A DNA stretch of 64,000 bases from the IMG/VR virus record IMGVR_UViG_3300044710_000137, positions 20,546 to 84,545 of that record; one strand, 5' to 3'. This document shows positions 39,142-48,429 of this stretch, in pieces (position 1 is the stretch's first letter; the number at the start of each line of letters is the position of its first letter). The notes beneath the pieces were generated by a model, which made no database searches, was not told the origin of the DNA, and saw only the letters and a list, made by a program, of their open reading frames with translations. The stretch is from a virus. The translations under genes and the position numbers were made by a program.

Positions 39142-39374
39142 TCTCTGGCCGTATTCGCTCGACGTGGAATGAACCGATAACTTTATCGCATGCGGCGCAA
39201 GTCACCACGAGTGTCCGGGTAGCTTTGTCGTAGGCGACTTTAGCCAGCGGGCTCCGGTGACACTTCGAATACAGGATCAACTGGCAGTCGTCATGGTTGC
39301 ACCCAGGCGTAGCGCAATGCGCGTTCTGCAGGTCCTCGCTGTACAGCGCCATGGGCCAATCGTAACCCATCTCT

Positions 39375-39455
39375 ACCAGCGGAAGGTGCGCGGCAGACAG
39401 CCATAGCAAAGGTCACCACAAGCCCGCGCGCCACTGAACACATCGAAGCTCCCAA
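39375..39455 (+). repeat. family C element (divergent middle)
   Basis: ACCAGCGGAA...CGAAGCTCCCAA. Confidence 0.75.
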
Positions 39456-39566
39456 CCTATAAAGATTTTCCAACCTCGACCCTAGCGGCTGGGTCAGGGA
39501 ATACCAACCTTCCCAGAATTAAAACCGTGACAAAAATATCATCCCCCAAAGGACGAAAGAACAATA

Positions 39567-40625
39567 ATGGAAATAGTCAGCACTACTGACAGCTACGAGC
39601 AATCAGCCGCAGCGCTCGCAGCTCACGGTTACGAGGCAGAGCCCAAACCGACCGCGGCGCCACCCTCCGCCGATTCCCCGGTTGAACAAGTAACACCCCC
39701 TACCGAGGAAATCAAAACCGATCCGGACCCGGACGCCGGACTTTTGGAACAGGTACAGCCGGGAGTAAAACCAGCTCCCAAGAAGAAGCAGAGCGCCCAG
39801 GAGCGCATCGACGAGATAACCGCCCAGCGTTATGAAGAACGCGGACGCTTACAGGCTGAAATCGACCGCCTGAAAGCCTCCATCGAGGGAAAGCCCGCGG
39901 ATAAGCCCATCCCGCCTCCCGTGGTGGAACCAATGAAGCCGGAACGGCCCAAGCGTCCCAAGCAGTCGGAATTCGACACCACTGAAGAATTCGAGACAGC
40001 CGATGGCGTTTACGACACCGCCATGGAGAAGTACGAAACGGACCTGGCCACCTACACCGAGGACCGCGCCGTAGCCAAATTCCAACAGCAGCAGGCCCAA
40101 GAAGCCTCCGTTGCCAGAGTTACGGCTATCCACGCCGCCGGGCTCGATAAATATTCGGACTACGAGGACGTCGTGCAGAAAAACGACGCCATCACCATCT
40201 CGACAGCCATGTTGGATGCTATCGGCGAGTACGAAAACGCCGAGGACTTCCTCCACTTCATCGGGACTCATCCCGCCGAAGCCGCCGAGTATGTCGCGGA
40301 TACCTTCACTCCAGGGACAACGATGTATAGCCCCCGTGAGGCGCGCGCCGCCGGCCGCATCGTGGCCAACCTCGCGGCGCAGTTCGCCGCCGCACCCGTC
40401 GCTCCCTTAGCTCCTCTTGCAGCTCCTGCAACCGATTCACCCGCCGCGCCCCCCGCGGTTCCTCCCGTCGCTGCACCTGTTCCAACCCGCAGAATAACCG
40501 CGGCACCCGCTCCCATAGCCCCGCTCCGCCCCTCCGCCGCAGCCGGTCAACCCGATCCCAAAAGGGAAATCGGCAAGAACGGCTGGACGGTCGCCAAAGA
40601 GCGCGAGCTGATGAAGCGCCGCTAA
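39567..40625 (+). CDS. scaffolding protein
   Basis: QERIDEIT, P.P...FD..EF, KY.DY..V, AP.PI.P; directly upstream of the coat gene. Confidence 0.85.
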   Translation: MEIVSTTDSYEQSAAALAAHGYEAEPKPTAAPPSADSPVEQVTPPTEEIKTDPDPDAGLLEQVQPGVKPAPKKKQSAQERIDEITAQRYEERGRLQAEIDRLKASIEGKPADKPIPPPVVEPMKPERPKRPKQSEFDTTEEFETADGVYDTAMEKYETDLATYTEDRAVAKFQQQQAQEASVARVTAIHAAGLDKYSDYEDVVQKNDAITISTAMLDAIGEYENAEDFLHFIGTHPAEAAEYVADTFTPGTTMYSPREARAAGRIVANLAAQFAAAPVAPLAPLAAPATDSPAAPPAVPPVAAPVPTRRITAAPAPIAPLRPSAAAGQPDPKREIGKNGWTVAKERELMKRR

Positions 40626-40631
40626 CCCGAG

Positions 40632-40681
40632 AACGGTGATTGGTGGCTGGTGGCTGGTGGCTGGTGGATTAGTTTTCCACC
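40632..40681 (+). repeat. 50-bp direct repeat, copy 1 (heptamer array plus hairpin), upstream of the coat gene
   Basis: 47/50 identical to 41983-42032. Confidence 0.85.
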
Positions 40682-40729
40682 GGCCACTGACCACTGCCCA
40701 CTGACCACTGCTTTCTTCTAAGGATTTCC

Positions 40730-41977
40730 ATGTTTCCTCCCAACCAAGAGCTGACGATCAGCATGATTACCAATCGTGCCTTGATCGTCCTCGAAAACGA
40801 CCTCAGTTTCTCAAACACCGTCGATAAGTCGTATAACGACTCGTTCGGCGTCGATGGCGCCAAAATCGGCGCAGTCATCAACATCCGCAAGCCGGCGCAG
40901 TACGTTGTGAACGTCGGACCGGCCATGCAGCCCCAGAGCTTCGTCGAGACCTATGTCCCGCTGACGCTCACCACGCAGGCGCAAGTCAGCGTGAACTTCA
41001 CCACCACGGAACTTCTGTTGAACGTCGACGAGTTCCAGGACCGCGTTCTGAAACCGGCTATCGCGGCGATCGCTAACAAGATCGACTCCGATGGAACGGC
41101 TCTCGCACAGCTCGTTCCCAACTTCGTCGGCATCCCCGGCGTGACGCCCAACCAGATCCTGACCTACCTTCTGGCAGGCGTGCAATTGGATAACAACAGC
41201 ACCCCGGACGATGGGGAGCGCTCCGTCACGGTTTATCCGCTGGCGCAAGCCACCATCGTAGACGCCTTGAAGGGCCTCTATAACCCCCAGAAAATGATTG
41301 GCGACCAAAACATCAAGGGCGCCATGGGCTCGGGGTTCATCGGCGAATGGTACAAGGACCAGAACGTTTGGACTCAAACCATCGGCGCGCTCGGCGGGAC
41401 TCCCGTCGTGAATCTCGGCGCCCAGACCGGCAGCTCCATCAACATCACCGGTTGCACCGCGAACATCGTCAATTGGCTGAACCAGGGCGACAAGGTGCAA
41501 TTCACGGGCGTTTATGCCGTGAACACGCAGTCCAAGGCCCAGATCAACACCCTCCAGGGCTTCACCCTAACGGCGCCGGCTTCGACCACCGCAGGCGGCA
41601 CGGCAGTCCTGCAAATCTCCCCGGCCATCGTGACCACGGGAGCTCAGCAGAACGTCTCCAATTCGCCCATCAACGGCGCGTCTGTTCTGCCTTACGGCCT
41701 CTCCACCACTTCGACGCCCACCGAAAGCACCATCGCCGGCGTCAACACCCCGCAGTCGATGCTCTATCACAAGGACGCCTTCACGGTGGCCTCGGTCGAT
41801 ATGTTCGTTCCCAAGAATGTCGAAATGGGAGCGCGGGCTTCGGACAAACAGGTCGGTTTCTCACTCCGCATTCTGAGAAATTACGACATCTATCAGGATG
41901 GTCTACCGTGCCGCGTGGACGTGCTCTACGGCTGGCAGGCGATCCGTCCGCAGACGGCCTGCATCATCACCGGCTAA
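40730..41977 (+). CDS. major capsid protein (P22 gp5 coat family)
   Basis: LT..MIT..AL..LEN.L, GAKIG..I.IRKP, L.PA...IAN.ID, YHKDAFT, R.DVLYG. Confidence 0.95.
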   Translation: MFPPNQELTISMITNRALIVLENDLSFSNTVDKSYNDSFGVDGAKIGAVINIRKPAQYVVNVGPAMQPQSFVETYVPLTLTTQAQVSVNFTTTELLLNVDEFQDRVLKPAIAAIANKIDSDGTALAQLVPNFVGIPGVTPNQILTYLLAGVQLDNNSTPDDGERSVTVYPLAQATIVDALKGLYNPQKMIGDQNIKGAMGSGFIGEWYKDQNVWTQTIGALGGTPVVNLGAQTGSSINITGCTANIVNWLNQGDKVQFTGVYAVNTQSKAQINTLQGFTLTAPASTTAGGTAVLQISPAIVTTGAQQNVSNSPINGASVLPYGLSTTSTPTESTIAGVNTPQSMLYHKDAFTVASVDMFVPKNVEMGARASDKQVGFSLRILRNYDIYQDGLPCRVDVLYGWQAIRPQTACIITG

Positions 41978-41982
41978 TTGAA

Positions 41983-42032
41983 AACGGTGGCTGGTGGTTG
42001 GTGGCTGGTGGCTGGTGGATTAGTTTTCCACC
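41983..42032 (+). repeat. 50-bp direct repeat, copy 2, downstream of the coat gene
   Basis: 47/50 identical to 40632-40681. Confidence 0.85.
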
Positions 42033-42088
42033 AGTTGCCAGTCCATAGGCCCTAGCCACTCTCTCTTCAACAAGGAAAAACCACTACC

Positions 42089-43132
42089 ATGAAAAACCTC
42101 ACTCGCAACTTCTTCGCCGGCCTCGCACTCGTCGCCGCGCTTCCCTTTTTGGGCCTGGCGCAGCTCGCCACCCAATCGACTACCACCACCGCGGCTATTT
42201 CCGCGCCCAACGCGGCCACCCCGTCCACCCTGTACGACACGTTCTACGTGACGTCCACCACGGGCATGCTGGCGCAAACCTCCCTCGGCACCATTCAGAC
42301 CTGGCTGTATCTCGACAAAGAGGCGGCTCCCGTCATCGCGGTCCCCAGCACCACCTCTGTGACCGTGGCTCGCGGCAGCGGCAGCTATAACCTGGCGACT
42401 TCGCCCGGCGCGCACGTCTCGGGCGTCACCGTATTATTCGGCCCGTTCAACAACTTTGTCGGCTCCGATCCGTCCGGATCTTGCGTCTCGACGAACTACC
42501 AATACCTCCCGCTCGTCGCTACGGCCACCGGCCACCTGATTAACTGCGACTCGATCTCCTCGACTGCGCAGATCTTCGCCCGGACCGGCCCCTCGTATTT
42601 CGTCAGCCCTGCCGGCTGCGGTATCTTGGCCACCACGACCGCGACTACCGACGATGGCATGGTGACCCTGGCCGCGGGTAATGCCGTTCGCAAGCTGGTG
42701 ACCAACACCACGGCGGGAACGACCAACTTCACCTGTCCCATCAATCCGCCCAGCGACGCGCTGGCTAATGGGAAGGGCATTATCATCACCTCGGTCTCGG
42801 AAATGTACGGCGTGCAAGGTACGGGTGGTCTTTACACCTCTACCACGTCGCCCATTATCGACTCCGTGACCTATGCCGCGGCTGGCGGAACCGCCAAGGG
42901 CACCGTGACTACCACGGCATGCGGAACCCTTACGCAAACGCCGGCGTCTCTGGTAACGGCCGTAACCACGTCGGGGGTGTACAACACCGTCAATATGGCT
43001 TGCGGAACTCCGTTCTATGCCAATAGCGCAAGTCCGGTTTCACTGGTGTTCGACTTCCTGTTGGGAAACACCACTACAGCATTGACCTATCAATTGCCTG
43101 GGTTGGTTGTTTACTACGATCAACCTCTCTAA
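42089..43132 (+). CDS. signal-peptide-bearing putative virion protein
   Basis: MKNLTRNFFAGLALVAALPFLGLA-Q; Thr-rich beta protein. Confidence 0.65.
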   Translation: MKNLTRNFFAGLALVAALPFLGLAQLATQSTTTTAAISAPNAATPSTLYDTFYVTSTTGMLAQTSLGTIQTWLYLDKEAAPVIAVPSTTSVTVARGSGSYNLATSPGAHVSGVTVLFGPFNNFVGSDPSGSCVSTNYQYLPLVATATGHLINCDSISSTAQIFARTGPSYFVSPAGCGILATTTATTDDGMVTLAAGNAVRKLVTNTTAGTTNFTCPINPPSDALANGKGIIITSVSEMYGVQGTGGLYTSTTSPIIDSVTYAAAGGTAKGTVTTTACGTLTQTPASLVTAVTTSGVYNTVNMACGTPFYANSASPVSLVFDFLLGNTTTALTYQLPGLVVYYDQPL

Positions 43133-43164
43133 GACTGAAGTTCTTGGATGAAACTGCTCAGGGT

Positions 43165-43257
43165 TTGGTGAGCTTCGCGGCTTCCAAATCCTGAGCGGCA
43201 TCCAGGCCAATCGTCGATGGTTGTGTGGCGCGCACCTTTGGCCGCATGCCCGGCTGG
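43165..43257 (+). repeat. family B element
   Basis: TTGGTGAGCTTCG...GGCCAAT...CCGCATGCCCGG. Confidence 0.85.
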
Positions 43258-43584
43258 ACAAAAGCGCTGTATCATCGCCACGGATTCAATCGCTCTCGAA
43301 CTCGAAGTAGCGTGCTCCGGGCCTAGCGAGGTAAGCCTCAGGCGGAAGACAGTGCGCCAGAAACTCTTCGCGCGTGGCCTCGCGAATGGCGCGCACAGGT
43401 TGCATAACGGCACCGCCGGCGAAACCGAAAGCTACAGCGCTCCGCCCGACGGCTCCGCATGTCCACTCCATAATGAGTGGGTGGGCCGCCGCAATGTGCC
43501 GCTGCAAAGCCTCCATTTCAGGCTGGGTCTCCATCGCCTAGACCGTACCACCGCTCGACTCAAATCCGCAAGCTGAGGAATTCT

Positions 43585-43623
43585 ACCAGCGCGGGACGCG
43601 GCTGCGGCACGCGCGGCAGCAAC
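43585..43623 (+). repeat. family A hairpin element
   Basis: reverse complement of the 15473 copy. Confidence 0.9.
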
Positions 43624-43642
43624 ACCTAAGGATTTTGATCTT

Positions 43643-44284
43643 ATGAAGCTCTTCTCCGCACTTCTCCTCCTTATTCCATCCCTCCTATTAGCCCAGCCCA
43701 CCCAGCCGAAACAACCCGCCTCGCCGCTTCAAGCCATCCAGGACGAAGGCGTCTTCGATTCGACGGTGCGCAACGCCGTCAACTACAACTTCTACGCGCT
43801 CCAACTGCTTCCCAACGCCGACGCCGGACAAATCCGGTCGGTCACCGTCTGCACGCTGAACCTCATCGACACTTACGTGTTGACGTACAGCGCCTCGGGG
43901 AATTGCTTCCATACGGCGGCGGGTGGCGGGGGCGGCGGATCGGGATCGTTCACGGGTTTGACGGTATCCGGCGCGGCCGCGTTTGGAACGGGATCAAACC
44001 TGCCGACGGCTATCTCTATTTGCGATACGAGCTGCTCAAACCCCACGACCATCGGGGGATTCACCACCGGGTCGGGCTTCGCCGTGGGCGGACCGCTACA
44101 GGACACCATCCCCACTACGGTCGCCGTGATTGGAACCACCTGCACCGCAGGTCAGCTTGGAATCTACGGCGTGGTCGTGACTGACGCCACCTCTCCCAGT
44201 ATCGGCTCTACCGTTGCCGGATCGGGAAGCGCCAAAGCGCAGGTTTGGTGCAATGGCTCGCACTGGAGCGTGACGGGCGTCTGA
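43643..44284 (+). CDS. signal-peptide-bearing fibre-like protein
   Basis: MKLFSALLLLIPSLLLA-Q; C-terminal VTDA...G..VAG.G......WCNG..W fibre tip motif. Confidence 0.65.
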   Translation: MKLFSALLLLIPSLLLAQPTQPKQPASPLQAIQDEGVFDSTVRNAVNYNFYALQLLPNADAGQIRSVTVCTLNLIDTYVLTYSASGNCFHTAAGGGGGGSGSFTGLTVSGAAAFGTGSNLPTAISICDTSCSNPTTIGGFTTGSGFAVGGPLQDTIPTTVAVIGTTCTAGQLGIYGVVVTDATSPSIGSTVAGSGSAKAQVWCNGSHWSVTGV

Positions 44285-44285
44285 T

Positions 44286-45620
44286 ATGCGAAAGCTCCTC
44301 ATTGCCCTCCTATTCTCGCTGCCGCTCGTCGCCCAGCCGAATGTCTGCCAAGTCGGTGGAACCAACTCGGGATGCCCGACGAATGCCGCGTTAAATCCGA
44401 CAACCCAGACTTGGATCGGCGACGTTTCAACTGCCTATATCGCAGGGGTCGGAACCATGAACCTCTTGCCGCAGCCTAAGCTCTCGCTCGGGACGGGCGG
44501 CCAGATCGTCGGGCTTTCGGACAGCTTCATCACTTCAGATCCGTCGAATTGCCAAGCTCTGGGCACCTGCATTTACAGCAACGTGGGGTACGAGGAAAAC
44601 TACGTCAACGCGATCATTGCGGCCGGCGGCGCGTGCGTGGACGTCAATGTCCTACCGGATATCTGGATTGTGGCGGCGGAATATACCGGTTCAGCGACTG
44701 TTCCCAGCGTCTCCAGATTCAAGGGCTTTCTCGCCTCGATCGACACCACACTGCTGTACGCCCAGTCGAAAGGCCTGTGCATCCGGTTCAGCCCGGCGCC
44801 CACCGCGGCCACCTGGACGAATTGCGGCGTTGCCAGTCCGGGAACCGTTACGCCAGCAAATCAAGCGCTTTGCCTGGGCCCTGAATATGCGGCCATGGTT
44901 GCCCACGCTACCGCTAAAGGCTATACCATCCGGGACTTCACGCTCTGCCATGAACCTACCGCCAGGTGGAAGCAGACCACGTACCAATTGACCACGGTCC
45001 AGTGGAGCGCCTTGATCGCTGATTTAGCGCCTTATGTGGTGGGGCCGAACCTGGGTTCGGGATTCACGGGCGGGGAAAACGCCTGGGTCGTTTACGCCAT
45101 CGCCAATAACGCGCAAATCGTTTTCATCGGGGTTGACGTTTACTTTGGCCTGGACGACGGCAGCTACAACACGCTCCTAGCGAATTATGGGGCGTTTTGC
45201 ACCGAAGCCATCGCGGGAAGCCTTAATTGCGCCGTCAACGAATCCGCCCCCTGGCGGCATTGCCCAGCGGGGGCTCCAGTTTGTTCCGAGAACGTGGCCT
45301 ATGATAATTGCGCGGATCCCAACCTGAGCACCTGGAACGTCAACGGGGCCTTTGGATTCCTGCCACGCTATTTCTCTACCGTGGGAGCCTACTACGTCTC
45401 GGTGTTCTCCACGCAGCCTTGGGACGGGTCTTCGCCCGCAAATCTGGTCACCACATCGAGCTGTGCGGATAGTTCGCTCACCGGATTGACGGCCTGGATT
45501 TTACAGAATCAAACCGGACCCACGCCAGCCGCGCTTGCCTGGAACGCAAATGCACTTTGGAACACGAAGATCTGGGAAGGCTTTCTCAACATCACCGCGG
45601 GACAGATCACCATCCAATGA
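44286..45620 (+). CDS. secreted Cys-rich protein, putative clan-A glycoside hydrolase
   Basis: signal peptide; HEP acid/base-like, GVDVY and VNES nucleophile-like motifs. Confidence 0.5.
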   Translation: MRKLLIALLFSLPLVAQPNVCQVGGTNSGCPTNAALNPTTQTWIGDVSTAYIAGVGTMNLLPQPKLSLGTGGQIVGLSDSFITSDPSNCQALGTCIYSNVGYEENYVNAIIAAGGACVDVNVLPDIWIVAAEYTGSATVPSVSRFKGFLASIDTTLLYAQSKGLCIRFSPAPTAATWTNCGVASPGTVTPANQALCLGPEYAAMVAHATAKGYTIRDFTLCHEPTARWKQTTYQLTTVQWSALIADLAPYVVGPNLGSGFTGGENAWVVYAIANNAQIVFIGVDVYFGLDDGSYNTLLANYGAFCTEAIAGSLNCAVNESAPWRHCPAGAPVCSENVAYDNCADPNLSTWNVNGAFGFLPRYFSTVGAYYVSVFSTQPWDGSSPANLVTTSSCADSSLTGLTAWILQNQTGPTPAALAWNANALWNTKIWEGFLNITAGQITIQ

Positions 45621-46030
45621 AAACACTACGCTTGCTCGCCCTATTCGCTTTCTTTGCCCTGCTCGGGCGTTCAGCCTCGATCTCGGTTTCCTTCGGGTAC
45701 AACTTTGTGGGCGCTGTCCCCTGTAGTTCGACCGTCACCACGAACTGCTGGAACCATTTCGAGGTAGGCACGATCACGACCGTCGCCGGGGTGAGCACCT
45801 TTACCACCCTGACCTCCATTCCTTTACCAGCCACGACTTCAGGGACAGTCAACGGAATCACCGGGACGTTTACCCAGAACTCACTTTTCGGCCTTGAAAC
45901 ATTGGGGTTCATTATGGTGGCCAATGACGGAGGTGGGAACCGCATCATCTCAAACCCTACTTCTGCGAGTGTAAGTGTAAGTATCCAACCAGAAGGACCA
46001 GTAAATCCATCTGCGTCTGTGACTCCGTGA
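45617..46030 (+). CDS. signal-peptide-bearing Ig/Fn3-like protein
   Basis: MKTLRLLALFAFFALLG; beta-sandwich pattern ending SNP....P..P. Confidence 0.55.
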   Translation: MKTLRLLALFAFFALLGRSASISVSFGYNFVGAVPCSSTVTTNCWNHFEVGTITTVAGVSTFTTLTSIPLPATTSGTVNGITGTFTQNSLFGLETLGFIMVANDGGGNRIISNPTSASVSVSIQPEGPVNPSASVTP

Positions 46031-46048
46031 AAAAGTAATTATTAGGCT

Positions 46049-46135
46049 TTGGTGAGCTTCGGGCTTTCGATGCCCACGCACACCGGGCAAAATGGGTGAT
46101 CGCCTGTTCGCCGCGCACCTCCGACCGCATGCCCG
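46049..46135 (+). repeat. family B element
   Basis: TTGGTGAGCTTCG...CCGCATGCCCG. Confidence 0.85.
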
Positions 46136-46174
46136 AGTTGTCTAATCGCGACACCAGCCCCACGTCCACCACCC

Positions 46175-46741
46175 ATGACCATTCACCATCTTCCCCTCAT
46201 CCTCATCGCCCTTGCAGGCCTCGCCTTCGGGCAGGGCGTGAAATCGTCTAATGCAAGGTCCATCCAGGGCGTGCCCGTGGCAGCTACGACACCCACGAAC
46301 ACGCAGGTCATCGTATTCTCCCTGGCGTGCGGATGCTGGGAGCCCGGCTCGGCTTCCACCGCGAACCAGAAGACGCGCGCCATCGTTGCCGACTTCGGGG
46401 ACTTCACGAGTACCGCCTCGGCGCTTTCGGGCTCCGCCCAAGCCTGCGTGATCGTTCCATTCTCCGGTACGATCACCACGGCGCAACTGATCGCCACCCC
46501 CTCAGGCAGCGTAACCGTGGGTGTGCAGACCGTGGCGTTCGGGTCGTACACCGGCCCATCCTCCACCAGCTCCATCGCGGCGTCCGACATTCCGGCCCTG
46601 TCCTCGGCCGCGAAGTACACCGATTCCACGCTCACCGGATGGACCACGGCGGTGACCGCAAACACGGTCTTCTGTTTCTACCTCTCCAGCCCTACGACTG
46701 TAACGGGCGTCGAAGCAATCATCACCGTGGCGGCTAACTAA
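46175..46741 (+). CDS. signal-peptide-bearing putative virion protein
   Basis: LILIALAGLAFG-Q; IQG.PV....PTN.QV.......WEP fibre motif. Confidence 0.6.
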   Translation: MTIHHLPLILIALAGLAFGQGVKSSNARSIQGVPVAATTPTNTQVIVFSLACGCWEPGSASTANQKTRAIVADFGDFTSTASALSGSAQACVIVPFSGTITTAQLIATPSGSVTVGVQTVAFGSYTGPSSTSSIAASDIPALSSAAKYTDSTLTGWTTAVTANTVFCFYLSSPTTVTGVEAIITVAAN

Positions 46742-46743
46742 AG

Positions 46744-47415
46744 ATGCGAAAGCTAGTACTGCTTGGCGTCCTTTTTGCTTCATCTACCTTTGCCGCAACC
46801 ATTCGCGGTTCCGGCATTCAGGTGGCAGATGCCAGTAGTTATGTCGTTTCCTGGCCTGCGGGAACGGTTTCCGGCGACCTGGCTCTCGTTAGCTGTAGCC
46901 AAGCGTTCGGGTGCAACAACACCCCATCGGGGTGGACGCAAATTTATTATTCCGGGATACCCATCGACACCGCGGGCGCGATCTACTCGAAGGTCCTGAA
47001 TTCAACCGACATCTCCGCCGGATCCGTAACGATTACTGCTGGCGGTACATATTACGGGCAGGTATCCATAGTCACCTTCGTCGGAGCCCCAACCGTCAGG
47101 GAGGCGGACGGAGACGGGCCGCCGGGTAGCTCCGGAACGTCCAGCACGATTTCTACGACCAGCGCCGTACGCTACGGAGACTTGGCCCTCTATTTCGGAT
47201 CTGGCCGCGCCGACAGCGCGAACCCAACCTGCACCGTAAATGTTGGCGCACAAATTCAGGCAGCCACGGACCTGTCTTGGTGCGGCTGCGTATATACGCA
47301 AACCGTCGGCGGACCCGCAACGGCAATATTCAACTTTTCCACCACCGTGTTTTATGTGGATGCCATCGTCATCATAGAAGGCTCCGGGAAAACACCCCGC
47401 GCCTACCTGCGGTAG
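46744..47415 (+). CDS. signal-peptide-bearing lectin/fibre-like protein
   Basis: MRKLVLLGVLFASSTFA; P.GTV.GDL.L....TPSGWT motif of minor tail proteins. Confidence 0.6.
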   Translation: MRKLVLLGVLFASSTFAATIRGSGIQVADASSYVVSWPAGTVSGDLALVSCSQAFGCNNTPSGWTQIYYSGIPIDTAGAIYSKVLNSTDISAGSVTITAGGTYYGQVSIVTFVGAPTVREADGDGPPGSSGTSSTISTTSAVRYGDLALYFGSGRADSANPTCTVNVGAQIQAATDLSWCGCVYTQTVGGPATAIFNFSTTVFYVDAIVIIEGSGKTPRAYLR

Positions 47416-47745
47416 AACGCTCGCCAGCCGCCAGTCACCGACACTCTTGATATGCTCCTCCCCTCCATCCTCGCCACCATCGCCCTAATCCTGCTTGCCT
47501 TCTTGAATTGGCAGCTATGGAGCCAGCGGCCGCGCAGGCACGCCGCAGTGCGCGTCCAAGGCAATGATACGCCGCAAAGTAAACCCGCAACGCGCAGCAA
47601 GGACGTGGAGCTATTAAAGAACATCGGCGGCAAGTGGATACACCACTCCTGGAAGCCTGAAGGGCACCCGGATATTCAGGAAGCGCTCGATACCCCCGGC
47701 CTTGCCATCCGGCGAGATGGCGTGCTAGACGAGGGCCGACAATAA

Positions 47746-48429
47746 ATGGCCGTCCGCTCCCATTCCGCCGAAACAACGAAGCTCGGGAACGCATTTCCGG
47801 GAACCGTCGTGCCCGTGGCCGTCGCCAAGGATTCGAGCGGCGATGTTGCCACGCTGAACCTGGACAGTTCCGGCAATCTTCTCGTTTCATCGGGCGGCGG
47901 CGGAAGCAGCAATCCGGCAGCCGGTCCCACCGGAAGCGCAGTCCCGGCAGATGCCGATTACCAGGGAATCAACGTCGCGGGCGACTTGCAGGGCGCTACC
48001 GGCTTCGATCTGGACACGTCCGGGGTCACCCACGAATACGACCAGGGCGTCTCCGTTCGCCTTCCGGCATCCGGCGGCTCCGTGGCGGGCGCCACGCTTC
48101 TGAATCCCCTGCGCGTCGATCCCACCGGAACCACGACGCAGCCGGTTTCCGTACAACCCTCCTCCTCGATCGCGGCCTCCGGCCAGGTCACGGTAAACCC
48201 CACCGCCGCCCTGTTGCCCGCCCAGGCCTGCCGCCGAGCGCTGATCCAATCCAGCTACACGAACACCACCGCGACCCTGGTGATCTACGTAGGCACGTCG
48301 GGCGGCGAGAAATGGGAAATGGTGGCGGGAGACTCGCTCACCTTGAACGTGTCGAACCTGGACGAAATCTCAGTGAAGTGTACGGCGGCTCTCACGGCGG
48401 CGCTGAACTACATCGCGGAGGCGGCTTAA
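47746..48429 (+). CDS. putative virion protein
   Basis: NPLRVDPTGTTTQPVS; C-terminal jelly-roll-like segment. Confidence 0.6.
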   Translation: MAVRSHSAETTKLGNAFPGTVVPVAVAKDSSGDVATLNLDSSGNLLVSSGGGGSSNPAAGPTGSAVPADADYQGINVAGDLQGATGFDLDTSGVTHEYDQGVSVRLPASGGSVAGATLLNPLRVDPTGTTTQPVSVQPSSSIAASGQVTVNPTAALLPAQACRRALIQSSYTNTTATLVIYVGTSGGEKWEMVAGDSLTLNVSNLDEISVKCTAALTAALNYIAEAA

